DNA of 62,226 nt, counting the filler, from Chiloscyllium plagiosum (lineage: Eukaryota): NCBI RefSeq assembly GCF_004010195.1. It is 4 parts of one record of this genome, joined end to end, with 100 filler letters (N's around TTAATTAATTAA, not from the genome) between each part and the next. Parts side by side here need not be neighbours in the genome. Positions count along the whole stretch, not along the records: positions 1 to 17,877 come from NC_057713.1; positions 17,978 to 46,093 come from NC_057713.1; 2 more parts are not named here. One strand, written 5' to 3'. Positions 13,574-25,822 of the stretch are shown here, piece after piece. Position 1 is the stretch's first letter. Each line of letters starts with the position of its first letter. Below the pieces are notes generated by a model that saw only the letters and a program-made list of their open reading frames with translations, had not been told where the DNA came from and did not search any database. A program made the translations under genes and the position numbers.

Positions 13574-13743
13574 CAGTAACATATTTTCCATCATACATAC
13601 AGATTTATAATATAGTTGATGAGATGAAGTCAGAGGGTCATAGAGGTCTGCAGCACAGAAATAGGCCATTTAGCCCACTGAGCCTGTACCAGTCAAAAAC
13701 CACTACCTAATTATTCTAATCCCATTGGCTCATTACCTTGTGT

Positions 13744-13962
13744 TTAGATTAGAGCGGTGCCGGAAAAGCAAAGCAGGTCAGGCAGCATCCGAGGTGCAGG
13801 AAAATCGACGTTTCGGGCAAAGGCCCTTCATCAGGATTCCTGATGAATGGCTTTTGCCCAAAATGTCGATTTTCCTGATGAAGGGCTTTTGCCCGAAACG
13901 TTGATTTTCCTGCTCCTCAGATGCTGTGGTTTTCCACCACCACTCTAATGTAAACTCTGGTC
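13744..13962. mobile_element. Penelope-derived palindromic element with three hammerhead-like cores, inserted in a CR1 remnant
   Basis: Minus core 13807-13834, plus cores at 13840 and 13875. cctcattaccttgtgt-like sequence on both sides (~13729 and ~13965). Confidence 0.8.
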
Positions 13963-14104
13963 TGCCTCATTACCTTGTGTGCCTTGGCATCATAAATACG
14001 CATCTAAATACTTCTGCAATGTGTTGGGGGTTTTGTCTGTCTACAACTTTTACATTCAATGAGTTCCCAGAGTCCCAACACCTTCTGGGTGAGAATGTCT
14101 TTCC

Positions 14105-14495
14105 GCCACAAGATCAGAAGATTGGGACCAGGGCTAGGCCATTCGGCCCTTCAAGCCTGCTCTGCCATTCTATAGGAGCGTATCACTTTCACTTTCCTGC
14201 CCTTTCTCTGTAACCCTTGATTTGCTGACTGATCAACAGTGTATCGCTCTCAGCCTTAAACATACACAAGGACTCTGCCCCCATAGCTCTCTGCGGCAAG
14301 GAATTCCAAAATCTCTCAACCCTCTGAGAGAAAGAAATCCCTCTCAGTCTTAAATTGGTGCCCCTTTATTCTGAGACCACACCCTCTTTGATGAGGGGAA
14401 ACATCCTCACAGCATTATTCCTGTCAAGCCCCTTAAGAATCTTGTATGTTTCACTAAGATCACCTCTCATTCTTCTAAGCTCCAGTGAGTGGAGC
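14105..14495 (-). mobile_element. CR1 LINE 3' fragment
   Basis: Matches 6040-6420 and 18535-18880. Confidence 0.8.
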
Positions 14496-16854
14496 TTTCC
14501 TCACATCCCCTCCAGACCTTTGGGCACCTTCCCTTAAATCCATGCCTCCTGGTCATTGACCCCTCTGTCAAAGGAAATGGTACGAAACGTTAATTCTGAT
14601 TTCCTGCTCTCCATTGACTCCCCCCATAATTTTATACAGTTCAGTCATCTCCTCTCAATTTCCCTTATGCTGTGGAGAAAGGGGAGTGGGAATGGGGGCT
14701 AGGGAAGGAGGAGTTTTTTAATATCTGTTGGTTCAAAGAAAATCTTAGTTTCTGTAAATGATTTGGGTTAACAACCTCTGAAATGTCTAAGTTTCAAAAC
14801 TGATTTTTGTAACAGCCAGATCCATCATTTGTATTGTGTGGCTGACTTTGCCACGTGAGAGTTTTGTTTTAGTTTTTATTTTGCAAGCTTTGAAAGACCC
14901 TTGTTGTTTCTGTGGGATTGCATTGCTTGGTTATGCTGCTGCTGCTTCTCTTCCTACGTACACTTTATAAAAATGCTGTGAAATATGTGCATTGATAGCT
15001 TAAAATCCTTTTGGGTTTAAAATAATATTAACAGTGACAATCACCAGCCAAAGCAACCTGACATGTTAAAAACCAAAAGAACTGCAGATGCTGTGAAACA
15101 GAAACAAAAACAGAAGTTGCTGGAAAAGCTCAGCAAGTCTGGCAGCATCTGTGCAGAGAAATCAGAATTAACGTTTCGTGCCTGGTGACCCTTCCTCACA
15201 TCATTTTAGGTGCTTTTGATGTCGACGTTGAATTTATCAAACTTAAAAAGACCAGACCAATACTTTTTGAAGTTTTAAAAATATATTAAACACATTTGCA
15301 TGCTGTATATCTCTGAATCTATCTGAGTATTATTTCTGATATAATAATAGAAAATAGAGACTCTCAGCTGAGAATGGTTGAACTTCTCAAATATGTCAGC
15401 AGAGGGTGCTGTTTCATAGCCATGAAATATAAAGTTCAATGCTGTCATCTTATTAAGAGTGGATATGTTTCTGTAAAAGTTTAAACTACTATTTTTATAT
15501 AAGACCAAGACAAATTTTCATAAATACAAAAACATCCTCCTTCAATGTGATTTTCATTGAAAATCAACCTTGGGATAATTAAACATTCCATACCCTTTGT
15601 TTGATTTGATTTGATTTATTGTTGTCATGTTTACCTAATTATAGTGAAAAGTTTTGTTTTGTGAGCAGCACAGGCACGTCATAACATACAAATATATACA
15701 GATAATGGGGTCAGATTTCAGCGTGAAGAGTGTTACTGATGAATCTACACAATATCAATTGCAGGAGCTTCATTCGATTTATCTCCAAGTGGTTCAGACT
15801 CCAACAACATCGGGTCATGCAGCTGACCCCCTACTCAAAAAGGGAGACAGCGTTGAGGAAATTATAGACCCGTTAGCTTGACTTTTGTCATGAGGAAGAT
15901 ATTACATTTATTCATGAAGGAAGTTATTGAGTGTCACTTGGAAAAAGCCCAAGATAATTGGGAAAAGTCACTTTTCTACAACGGAAATCATATTTACGTA
16001 ATTGTTTGTAGCATTTTGAAGGGGTAATGTGTGCTGTGAATAAGGGGGAAGCCTGGAGATGTATTATATTTAGATTTTGCATAATACTGTAACAAAATGT
16101 TAGTAAGCAGCTACAGCAAGTAATTAAGAAGGTGAATGGTGTATTCTTGTCCATTATGAGATGAATTGAACATAAAGATAAGGATGTTATTCTTCAGTTA
16201 TTCAGGGCATTTTTATTATGGTCCTGAATTAAAGGATATTGTGCAGGACATCATAAGATATAGGAGCAGAACTAGGCCATTTGGCCCATCAAATCTGTTC
16301 CCCCATTCAATCGTGGCTCAATGTCTCTCAATGCTATTATCATGCCTTCTCCCCTTATGGATCAGGACCCTATCTAGCTCTGTCTTAAGCACACTCAATG
16401 ACTTGGCCTCCACAGCCCTCTGTGGCAATGAATTCCACAGATTCACCATCCTCTGGCTGAAGAAATCCTCCTCATCTCTGTCAGCACGTGCTGTGAAGGG
16501 CAGTGTGTGAGGAAGATTAAGGACAAAAAAACTGTAGATGCTGGAATCTAAGGTAGACCAGTAGGAGGCTAGAAGAACACAGCAAGCCAGGCACCATCAG
16601 GAATTGTGTAAACCTTCTTCAGGATAGAAGATAGGCTGGCTGATGGAAAATGGAATACACATAAAGGGGTTTTTGACTGATTGGCACAATGTGATGTGGG
16701 GAATTCTGTCAAAGTCTGTGCTGGATATTGAACCTTTTGCAATATACTCTAATGGCTTGGATAAGGGGATTGAAGGCTGAGTGGCTAAATGTGCAGGTGA
16801 CTCTAGGACCGGTATGTAGTGAAGAGAACTTTTACAGATGGATATCACTTGTTT

Positions 16855-17105
16855 TAATTCATTCATGAGATATGGGCGTCACTGGCTTTGCAAGCATTCA
16901 TTGCCCATCCTTAATTACCCAGAGGGCAGCTGAGAGTCAACCACGTTACTGTGGGTCTGGAGTCACATGTAGGTCAGACCAGGTAAGAATGACAGTTTCC
17001 TTCCGTAAAGGACATTCTTGAATCAAGTGGGATTTTCCAACAATCGAGAGTGGATTCGGGATTTGAAACTGAGTCCCCAGAACATTTCCTGGCCCTCTGT
17101 ATTAA
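16855..17105 (-). mobile_element. SacSINE/DeuSINE-like SINE
   Basis: Reverse complement of the body at 31060-31215 (acatgtgactccagacccacag...gggtaattagggatgggcaat). Confidence 0.7.
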
Positions 17106-17107
17106 CA

Positions 17108-18260
17108 GGAGAAAGTGAGGTCTGCAGATGCTGGAGATCAGAGATGGAAATGTGTTGCTGGAAAAGCGCAGCAGGTCAGGCAGCATCTAGGGAACAGGAG
17201 AATCGACGTTTCGGGCATTAGCCCTTCTTCAGGAATGAGGAAAGTTGGTCCAGCAAGGTAAGATAAAAGATAGGGAGGAGGGACTTGGGAGGGGCGTCGG
17301 AAATGTGATAGGTGGAAAGAGGTCAAGGTGAGGGTGATAGGTCAGACTGGGGTGGGGGCGGAGAGGTCGGGAAGAAGATTGCAGATAGATGGATTGTTCT
17401 ATCGTAGGATATGTGGAACAATCCATCTTCCGCAACTACACTGGCCCCACCCCCCACCTTTTCCTCCGCTACATCGATGACTGTATCGGCGCCGCCTCGT
17501 GCTCCCACGAGGAGGTTGAACAGTTCATCCCCTTCACCAACACCTTCCACCCCGACCTCAAATTCACCTGGACAGTCTCAGATTCCTCCCTCCCCTTCCT
17601 CGACCTTTCTATTTCTATCTCAGGCGACCGAATCAACACGGACATCTACTACAAACCGACCGACTCCCTCAGCTAACTGGACTACACCTCCTCCCATCCT
17701 GCCCCCTGTAAAAACGCCATCCCATTCTCCCAATTCCTTCGACTCCGCCGCATCTGCTCCCAGGAGGACAAGTTCCAAAAACGCACAACCCAGATGGCCT
17801 CCTCCTTCAAGGACCGCAATTTCCCCCCCGACATGGTCGACGATGCCCTCCACCGCATCTCTCCCACTTCCCGCTCCNNNNNNNNNNNNNNNNNNNNNNN
17901 NNNNNNNNNNNNNNNNNNNNNTTAATTAATTAANNNNNNNNNNNNNNNNNNNNNNNNNNNNNNNNNNNNNNNNNNNNCTTCCAGCTCAGCACTGTCCCCA
18001 TGACCTGTCCTACCTGCCAATCACCCTTCCCACCTATCCACTCCACCCTCCCCTCTTACCTATCACCTCCATCCCCTCCCCCCTTCACCTATTGTACTCT
18101 TTGCTACCATCTTCCCACCCTCACCCCCCTCCCATTTTTCTCTCCACCCTAGAGGCTCCCTGCCTTCCATCCTGATGAAGGGCTTTTGCCCGAAATGTCA
18201 ATTTTCCTGCTCCTCGGATGCTGCCTGACCTGCTCTGATTTTCCAGCACCACTCTAACCT
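17108..18260 (+). mobile_element. Penelope-like element: inverted terminal copy, RT fragment, gap, then 3' terminal repeat
   Basis: GYVEQSIF...FLRYIDDCIG...LKFTW...LPFLDLSI...DIYYKPTDS (PLE RT). Hammerhead-like cores at 17205-17232 (-) and 18172-18199 (+). The join across the gap is uncertain. Confidence 0.88.
17878..17977. other. Scaffold gap (44N-TTAATTAATTAA-44N artificial spacer)
   Basis: Identical 100-nt construct at 46094-46193 and 56182-56281. Confidence 0.97.
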
Positions 18261-18534
18261 AGGTTATATAAACCCAGTTGATTTAAACCAGTGTAATGTG
18301 ATTTCCTTTGTGCTGCATGTAATAAAATCATAAGGGATTATTTATCAAAAGATTTGTATTTAGATTTGTATTTGGGAAATGTTACCCCATATGCTTTCCA
18401 AAATAGTTTATTTGTTTACTGACTTTATTATCAATCATAACAGCTGACTGCAAAAGCAGCTCAATCAACAATTCTATAAAACATACTGCTAAATTATCGT
18501 GAAACACTTTTTATATGCACTCAGTTGGAGAGAA

Positions 18535-18880
18535 AATCATAAGACCATCAGAAATAGGGACAGGAGGAGGCCATTCAGCCCTCGAGCCTGCTCTGCCATT
18601 CAACAGGATCATGGCTGACCCAACATTCTTCACGCCCACTTTCCTGCCCTTTCCCTATAACGTTTGATTCCCTGACTGATCAAGAATCTATCTCTCTCAG
18701 TCTTAAATATACACAAGGACTCTGCCCCCATAGTTCCCTGCGGCAAGGAGTTCCAAAGCCTCACAACGCTCTGAGAGAAGAAATTCCTCCCCATCTCATT
18801 CTGAAATTGATGTCCTGAGACTGTGCCCTCTGGCCCTGGACTCTCCCATGAGGGCAAACATCCTCTCAGCACTGACCCTG
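18535..18880 (-). mobile_element. CR1 LINE 3' fragment
   Basis: RNFFSQSVVRLWNSLPQ...FKTERDRFLISQGIKRY. Confidence 0.85.
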
Positions 18881-18994
18881 AAATATTTGTGTTAAATCAG
18901 ATTGCATATGACAAGATTTTGTACAAACTGTTCATCGGAACGTATCAGCTGGTTCATGCACAAGAATGGGAAGCACGACCAATTGTAAAACACA

Positions 18995-19140
18995 ATAGCA
19001 GAAGTTACGCAACACCAGGTTATAGTCCACCAGGTTTATTTGAAATCACAAGCTTTCAGAGCACTGCTCCTTCGTCAGCATCCATAACCTGATGTCATGT
19101 GTTTTCTGCCTTTGTCAAACCCAGTCCACAGTCCACATCA
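18995..19140. mobile_element. Short Penelope-type terminal element, second family (related at 33785-33866 and 41890-41955)
   Basis: acaccaggttatagtcc motif and minus-strand core CTGACGA-AGGAGC-AGT-GCTCT-GAAAGCTT at 19050-19078. Confidence 0.6.
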
Positions 19141-20104
19141 AAACACAATCTAGCATCAAATTTCTTAAAGGAGTCCAAAAAAAGTAAAGCGTTCACAGAT
19201 AAAAAAGACTTGGAATTTATAAAATGGATCTAGCATTATAAATTGTTTTAAAATCAATAGCTTGTTGATTGTGTTAAATGTATTGAAGAGTGCTTTTTCT
19301 TCGTTTTAATTAGTTTTTTTTGGTTGGGGGAAGTTGCAGAAACGACAATAAACTTAAGCGCTGCAACAGCATTGCTGTGGTAAGAAGGGGATTGAGGTTT
19401 TATCATGTGCCGTGTGAAGATTTGGGAACTGACAACACACAGCCAGTGCTACCTGCTCATGTTCATCTGCACAACCTCAAACAAAACGCCAGCAGCTTGT
19501 CAGAATCGCGGAAGGAAACCAATTCAGCGCGCTTACAATCTGCAAGTTTGATCAGAAACACATCAAATTGCTAATAACTTCATATGAAACACAGCCAGAC
19601 AGAACAGATAATCTTTGCTACAACATATTAACAGCTCAATGAACTTTTTAAAACCAAAATTAAAAGAAGTTTCCAAGAAACTGATGTAATTTCACAGATA
19701 GATTGATAATTTGCGCAGCTACATGAATAAATCCCTTTAAAAGAAAATCACAAGACAGAAAAGTGAATCTGCAGAAACTTCTAAAAATGAAGACAGACGG
19801 TCCACTATTAAAAGCGCTCAGAAAATGCGCAAGAGGAGAAAAAGGACCTACTAAATTTAATGCATGCAATTGACAAAAGTTGTTTTCATTAGTTGGGACA
19901 GATTGTTACATGTCTGACAGGTTTTTATCTGTTTGACTACCCTTTGAGGCACTGGGCGATGTGCAACGTTTGGGTTCACAGGCCTCAAACAGACCAAGGT
20001 TCATGCTCATCAAAAGCCTTTCACTAACACAAACTGAACAATCGAATTAAAGCTTTATTTATTGGCGCTAAATTCTTGCTCAGTTTCGAACCATACGGTC
20101 CATT

Positions 20105-20178
20105 TCACTCCATCAGCTCTTCACAATGGCTGTGAGGCTGGACAATCTGTCTTGTGTCTGTACTGGATAAAGCTCTAA
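20105..20178 (-). pseudogene. Putative last exon ([V]RALSSTDTRQIVQPHSHCEELME*)
   Basis: Pyrimidine-rich acceptor ...gctggtcag|. Phase 1 matches the upstream exon. TGA at 20105-20107, AATAAATAAA at 20054-20063. Confidence 0.55.
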
Positions 20179-20490
20179 CTGACCAGCATCAGTTAAAGAA
20201 CAAAAACAGACAAAAAGCTGAAACTCATTAAAATAAACTTTTAATGGAAAGACTTTACAATTGCAATTGAATTGACGGGCTTTGTTTCGGGTGATGAAAA
20301 GTGCATAATTGAGCCATACATTCATTTGCTTTTGCCTTATGCCCTTATGTGAATTTTAACTTTCGGTTCCTCCCAAAAGTCCTTTAAACAATTCAGAAAG
20401 AAGTACAAAAGAAATGATGCATTTTTATTGAGCAGGATTATCAGTCCATTACTCCGAGTTTAAAAAATGCACCTCTTTGATGATTCTCAC

Positions 20491-20686
20491 CACTACCAGA
20501 TGTTGACATGGTCAAAGTGCCATCACAAGAAATCACTCGATCAGTGCTCCATGTGCAAGTGTCAGTATATAACATTGGAGACTGCATCAAATTAAGAAGC
20601 AGTTGTAACAATGTTGTACTGGGTGAATAGTCTGGTGCACACATATCTCCAAGACTATTTTGCATTCCAGAGAAGTGGCACTGAGA
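20491..20686 (-). pseudogene. Exon (SQCHFSG...PSTTLLQLLLNLMQSPMLY...STSGS), open frame, phase 0 to 1
   Basis: Acceptor ttttcatttttgcag|, donor GTG|gtgaga, 196 nt without stops. Confidence 0.72.
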
Positions 20687-21824
20687 CTGCAAAAATGAAA
20701 ACTATAAAATATAGTTTCTCAAAAATATATGTAGGTATATGTTTTTTTTTGTCAAATACTTAAGTGTTGTTCCTAAGTCAAGCTAGAGCATTCTTAGAAC
20801 TGAAAAAAACCCATAAATTGCTGGAAAAGCTCAGCAAGTCTGGCGGTGACTGCGAAGAGAAATCGAGCGACCCTTCCTCAGAACAGGTCTTTGACCAAAG
20901 AAAGTCTACCAAACTCAAATAAACTTTCCCCTTCAAATAGGCAACGCGTCTCAAGAATAATTTACCTTGGCGGATGCCAAACATCCACACGCAGGCGCAA
21001 TTGGCAATGATATGAAGCATAAAGTAGCTCATTATGCTTTCAAGTTACAATCTTCTTTGTAAAAATGCAATCTCAACTCTCTAAAAGGATGAACTGATAT
21101 GAGGGATGCTGAAACAACAAAACCCTGTGGAAACAGGGGGAAAAAAATAAGGTGAACTGTGGTACGTCAATTTAGACAAGAGGAAGTTTTCAAGGGAAAG
21201 CTGCTTCAAAAGCTAGGAGATGGAAGAATTGCTGAAAAATCTTTATACTTTAACAACAATTAAATAGATGTATGCAACAAATAAAGTAATCATCCCTGTT
21301 GTAAAAGCATTTACATCAAAATGAAGTTCACTAGAACAGGATGGGAGAATATTATCTTTTGGTAAAAAAGATAGATATTTTAAAATGATATGTAAAAATA
21401 TAATAAAACTTATTAAATAGAAATAAACAATCAATGAGCATGAGTGGCAAAGTGTGGTGGAAAGTCTACGCCAAGTTGCATAAGGACAAAAACAAATGGA
21501 AGTGAACTCTAAATACTGCACAGAACAACCAACTCTGACCAGCAATATAAGCAGCTCACTTAATTACAAGGTTGAGAGAGTTGTGTCAAATTATGCAACA
21601 GTTTAGCATTAATATAGAATATGGGACATCAGAAAATTAGCTATGTAATACCAGAACAAGTGTAAGCTTTTGGAAAAACACAAACAAAGTTAAACACCAA
21701 GAGAGATAAGTTACAAATTATAACATAAAAGTGCAACAGAAGGTGAAAATATTACTGATGTTGAAATACCAGTGTGGACTATTATTTCCATGGCAGCACT
21801 GCTTCTGTACTGAAAATGGATTCT

Positions 21825-22460
21825 GAGATTCATACAGCACAGAAAAGGCCCTTCGGCCCATCAAGTCTGCACCGATATAACTGCCACTAAAGCCACATGA
21901 ATCCCAATTCCCTGCATTGTCCCATCTCCTTAAATGTTACGATATTTGAAGTGCTCATCCAAATATGTTTTAAAGGTTGTAAGGTTTCCAGCCTCCACTA
22001 CCTTTCCAGGCGGTGCATTCCAAATTCCCACCAGCCCCTGCATGTAAACATTATTTTTCCCAAATCCTCTCTGAATCTCCTGCCCCTTACCCTAAAACTA
22101 TAGCCTCTCGTGATTGACCCCACAACCAAGTGGAACAGCTGCTCTCTATTCACACTGTCCATACCCCTCCTAATCTCACACACCTCCATCATGTCCCTCT
22201 CAGTCTTCTCTGTTCTAAAGAAAACAATCCAATCCTATCTAGTCTCTCCTTATTGCTCAATTTCTCCATTGCAAGCAACTTCCTGGTGAACCTCCTCTGC
22301 ATCCCCTCTAGTGCTATCACATCCTTCCTGTAGTGAGGTGACCAGAACTCCACACAGTACTCCAGCTGTGACTGAATTAATGCTCTGTATAACACCAACA
22401 TTGCCACCTTGCCATTATACTCCATGCCCCAACTGATGAAAGCAAGAATCAACAGTACTT
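21825..22460 (-). mobile_element. CR1 LINE 3' fragment
   Basis: LYRALIQSQLEYCVEFWSPHYRKD...RIGLFSLEQRRLRG. Confidence 0.88.
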
Positions 22461-23414
22461 CTATATTATCTGTGCCCAAATAAGAAATTCTTATTTTGAT
22501 CCAGTTGAAAGTTAATGCTTTTAAAGATTGTAGTCAGAGACTGGAACAAAGTGCTTATTTATGTGTCTAATAAACCAAAGCTCTCATGATCCAGAGACAG
22601 ATTGTTAAAATTGTACCATAGCGGTTAGAATATTTAAATTCAATTGATTAAATACTACAGGACAAAGACGGTGTTAGTGTTGAAATTACTGATTATCAAA
22701 AAAAATTCATCTGGATTCATCCAGAAATGAGCAACTTCAGTGATGAGGAGTGACTGGAGAAGTTGGGACTGTTCTCCTTGGAGAGAGAATAGCAAGGAGA
22801 AGCTCTGATAGAGATTTTCCAAATCATAAGCAGCTGGACAGAACAGAGAGGGAGAAGTCGCACCAGCTTGTGAAGGACAAAGTAAAAAGAGGATCCATAG
22901 ATTCAAAGAAGAATGAAGGATGATGGGAGAAAGAACCTTGGTCATACAGGGAGGAGTTAGGGGCTGCGATTAGCCTGTCTTCTTAACCCTCACCACACTC
23001 TGTCTTTTTAATCAATATTGACTCCCAGTTCAGCAATCCCAACTTTAAGATTCTCATCCTCATTTTCAAATCCCTCCAATGCTGTCCTTCCTCATTTTTG
23101 GAATCTCCTCCAGTCCCACAACTCTTCCTCAGAGTTTCCTGCTCTCCTCAAATTCTGGGCTCTTGAATCTTTCCAATCTTACTGTCCCAGCATTGTTGGC
23201 AATCAGCGTACCCTCAAAGCACACACACGAATATGACTACTCCCAGGTTCCACTGTTGGTAAGCTAATTGCGGCACTCCCCTGTAGTTCTAGAAACTTCT
23301 GCCATGCACAGGACTTCAGCGTAACCGGTGTAGCCAGAAAAGGAATTTGAGGGAATACTGGTGACACCACCTTCACAATCACCTGGACCCAATGTCACGG
23401 ATTCTGAGCATAAC

Positions 23415-23812
23415 ATAGAGTCATAGAGATGTACAGCACGGAAACAGACCCTTCGGTCCAACCCGACCACGCTGACCAGATATCCCAACCCAATCTAGTC
23501 CCACCTGCCAGCACCCGGCCCATATCCCTCCAAACCCTTCCTATTCATATACCCATCCAGACGTCTTTTAAATGTTGCAATTGTACCAGCCTCCACCACT
23601 TCCTCTGGCAGCTCATTCCACACACGTACCACCTGCTGAGTGAAAACGTTGCCCCTTAGGCCTCTTTTATATCTTTCCCCTCTCACCCCAAACCTATGCC
23701 CTCTAGTTCTGGACTCTCCCACCCAGGGAACAGACCTTGTCTATTTATCCTACCCATGCCCCTCATGATTTTATAAACCTCCATAAAGTCACCTATCAGC
23801 CTCCAACACTCC
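23415..23812 (-). mobile_element. Young CR1 LINE 3' end
   Basis: GESRTRGHRF...VWNELPEEVVEAGTIATFKRRLDGYM, near-identical to 440-828. Confidence 0.92.
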
Positions 23813-24035
23813 ATCTTCGTTCTGTCTTCAAAATACATCTTAAACCTATCCCTGCAATGCGTTCAATGCCAAATTTTAGCGTACAATTCTTCTCCAAACA
23901 AAGCACTATGGATGCTGGAGCTCTGAAATGAAAACAGAAATTTCTGGAGAAACTCAGCAGGACTGGCATGTGTGGAGAGAGAAACAGACTCTGGTGACTC
24001 TTCCTTAGGATAGAGAGCAGCGAAGAGAAACTGGT

Positions 24036-24256
24036 ACAGTCGGTTCAGATATAACATGATAGTTCTGTTCTTGTGTGATCGTGCGTTATAAGAAAATCGC
24101 ACAATAGCCGCACTGCTTAAACTAACGGGGATAGAATCGTGTCATAGCCAACACAGGTAAGAAAAGCTCACATTCTACAAGTAATGGTTGAAGCTCCTCA
24201 ATCAGGTTAAAGCCAATTCTGTTTGAAGAAACACGTATTACAGCAGAAGCAACTGA
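24036..24256. mobile_element. Possible Tigger/pogo-type MITE (diverged)
   Basis: ta-cagtcggttcagatataac ... gtattacagcagaagcaactg imperfect terminal inverted repeats. Confidence 0.4.
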
Positions 24257-24454
24257 ATTGATGCTGAAGGTGAGGTGGGAAGGGGTGAAGAGGGAAGGGA
24301 AAATGAGCAAACATGTGGTGATGGAGCTGAGTGATCGGAATGGGGTAGGTGAACAAGGAGGTTATTGTTAGCAGCCAAGGACAGATGCTGGATAAGTGAT
24401 AATGCAAGCTGGTGCTGAGAGTAAACCATGTACATAACATGGCAAGAGGCCGGA

Positions 24455-24652
24455 GAGTGGGAGAGAGAGGGTGAGGGTGGGTGAGGGCGGGTGAGGAGTC
24501 GGTGAGAGCAGGTGGGAGCAGGTGAGGGTGGGTGCGAGTGGGTGAGGGTGGGTGAGAGCAGGTGAGGGTGGGTGAGGGTGGGTGCGAGTGGGTAAGAGCA
24601 GGTGGGAGCGGGTGAGCGGGTGAGAGCAGGTTAGGGTGGGTGAGAGCGGGTA
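24455..24652. repeat. G-rich 10-bp tandem repeat (ggtgagggtg/ggtgagagca)n
   Basis: Directly visible periodicity. Confidence 0.9.
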
Positions 24653-24997
24653 GTCTGCACTAAAAGTAACCCATGTCATAATCGGCCCGGGAGGGGGAGG
24701 GGATGGTTGAAAACATGGCAGGATTGTGTCAACACAGGGTTGTGTTGATCCCAAAAGCTGCGGGGAAATGCAGTGGTTCATTTAGTGCCTTGGGATGTTT
24801 AATCACATGAACACCAGCTCTTGTTAAGTGTACATGCATGATTCATTTTCTGTAATATGTATTTTCTTCTATGTCTGCAGCATCGGAATTTTATTATTCT
24901 TTAAGCACAGACTAGTTAATTCCAAGGCACTGATTTAAGCATGAGAAACAATGACATTGATTTGTAGTTAAACCAAAATAACCTGTTAATAACTCAC

Positions 24998-25098
24998 TTT
25001 TGTTCTGTAAAATAGCTTGTGAATGTAATAGACGACTGCCCAAGTACAATATTTGCCAGGGAGGCCATCGGCAACAATTTGCAGCAAATCATTCAGTA
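24998..25098 (-). pseudogene. Exon (LNDLLQIVADGLPGKYCTWAVVYYIHKLFYRTK), open frame, ends phase 0
   Basis: Acceptor ccctttag|, donor AAA|gtgagt. Phase matches the 20686 exon. Confidence 0.65.
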
Positions 25099-25131
25099 CT
25101 AAAGGGACTTCAAAATATTATGATTTATCAC

Positions 25132-25269
25132 CCTTAAATTATTCAGTAGTTTCTATTGACACAGCCTGCCACATCACTGGGACTCTGATCTCGGTGCTCA
25201 AACTCATTGGCAGTAGTGGGGTCTGCAGTGATTTTCCAAAAATAACTAAACGTAGGTGTAGATAAAGAC
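25132..25269 (-). pseudogene. Exon remnant (GLYLHLRLVIFGKSLQTPLL...AVSIETTE*FK)
   Basis: Acceptor gtcgtattag|, in-frame TAA. 3' boundary unclear. Confidence 0.4.
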
Positions 25270-25375
25270 CTAATACGACAATCCGAACTATAGTTAGAGC
25301 ACACAGTGACAAAGCTGGTCAATCAAGGAACGGTCAAGAAAACAAGTGCGTCAGGGTCTGTTTGGGTTCATACCA

Positions 25376-25690
25376 GATTAGATTACATGACATTACAGTG
25401 TGGAAACAGGCCCTTCGGCCCAACAAGTCCACACCGACCCGCCGAAGCTCAACCCACCCATACCCCTACATTTACCCCTTACCTAACACTACGGACTATT
25501 TAACATGGTCAATTCACCTGACCTGCACATCTTTGGACTGTGGGAGGAAACCGGAGCATCCGGAGGAAACCCACGCAGACACGGGGAGAACGTGCAAACT
25601 CCACACAGTCGGTCGCCTGAGGCGGGAATTGAACCCAGGTCTCTGGCGCTGTGAGGCAGCAGTGCTAACCACTGTGCCACCGTGCCGCCC
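25376..25690 (-). mobile_element. Full-length HE1-type V-SINE
   Basis: Complete from gggcggcacggtggcacagtggttagcac to the tail. Confidence 0.93.
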
Positions 25691-25709
25691 ACAAATTGTA
25701 TATCAGTAT

Positions 25710-25822
25710 CAAAAAAGAAAGAGACAGAAAGAAAGAAAAAGAGAGAGAGACAGAAAAAGAGAAAGACAGAGAGAAAAGAGAGAGAGAAAAAAGAGAGAAA
25801 GAGAGAGAGAGGAAGAAAAGAA
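25710..25822. repeat. Purine (GA/GAAA) microsatellite; a similar purine tract lies at ~26260-26400
   Basis: Directly visible. Confidence 0.9.

Noticed and set aside
17878..17977. TTAATTAATTAA palindrome embedded in N runs (also 46138-46149 and 56226-56237)
   Set aside because: Identical 44N-12-44N construct at all three gaps. It is an artificial six-frame-stop scaffolding spacer, not biology.
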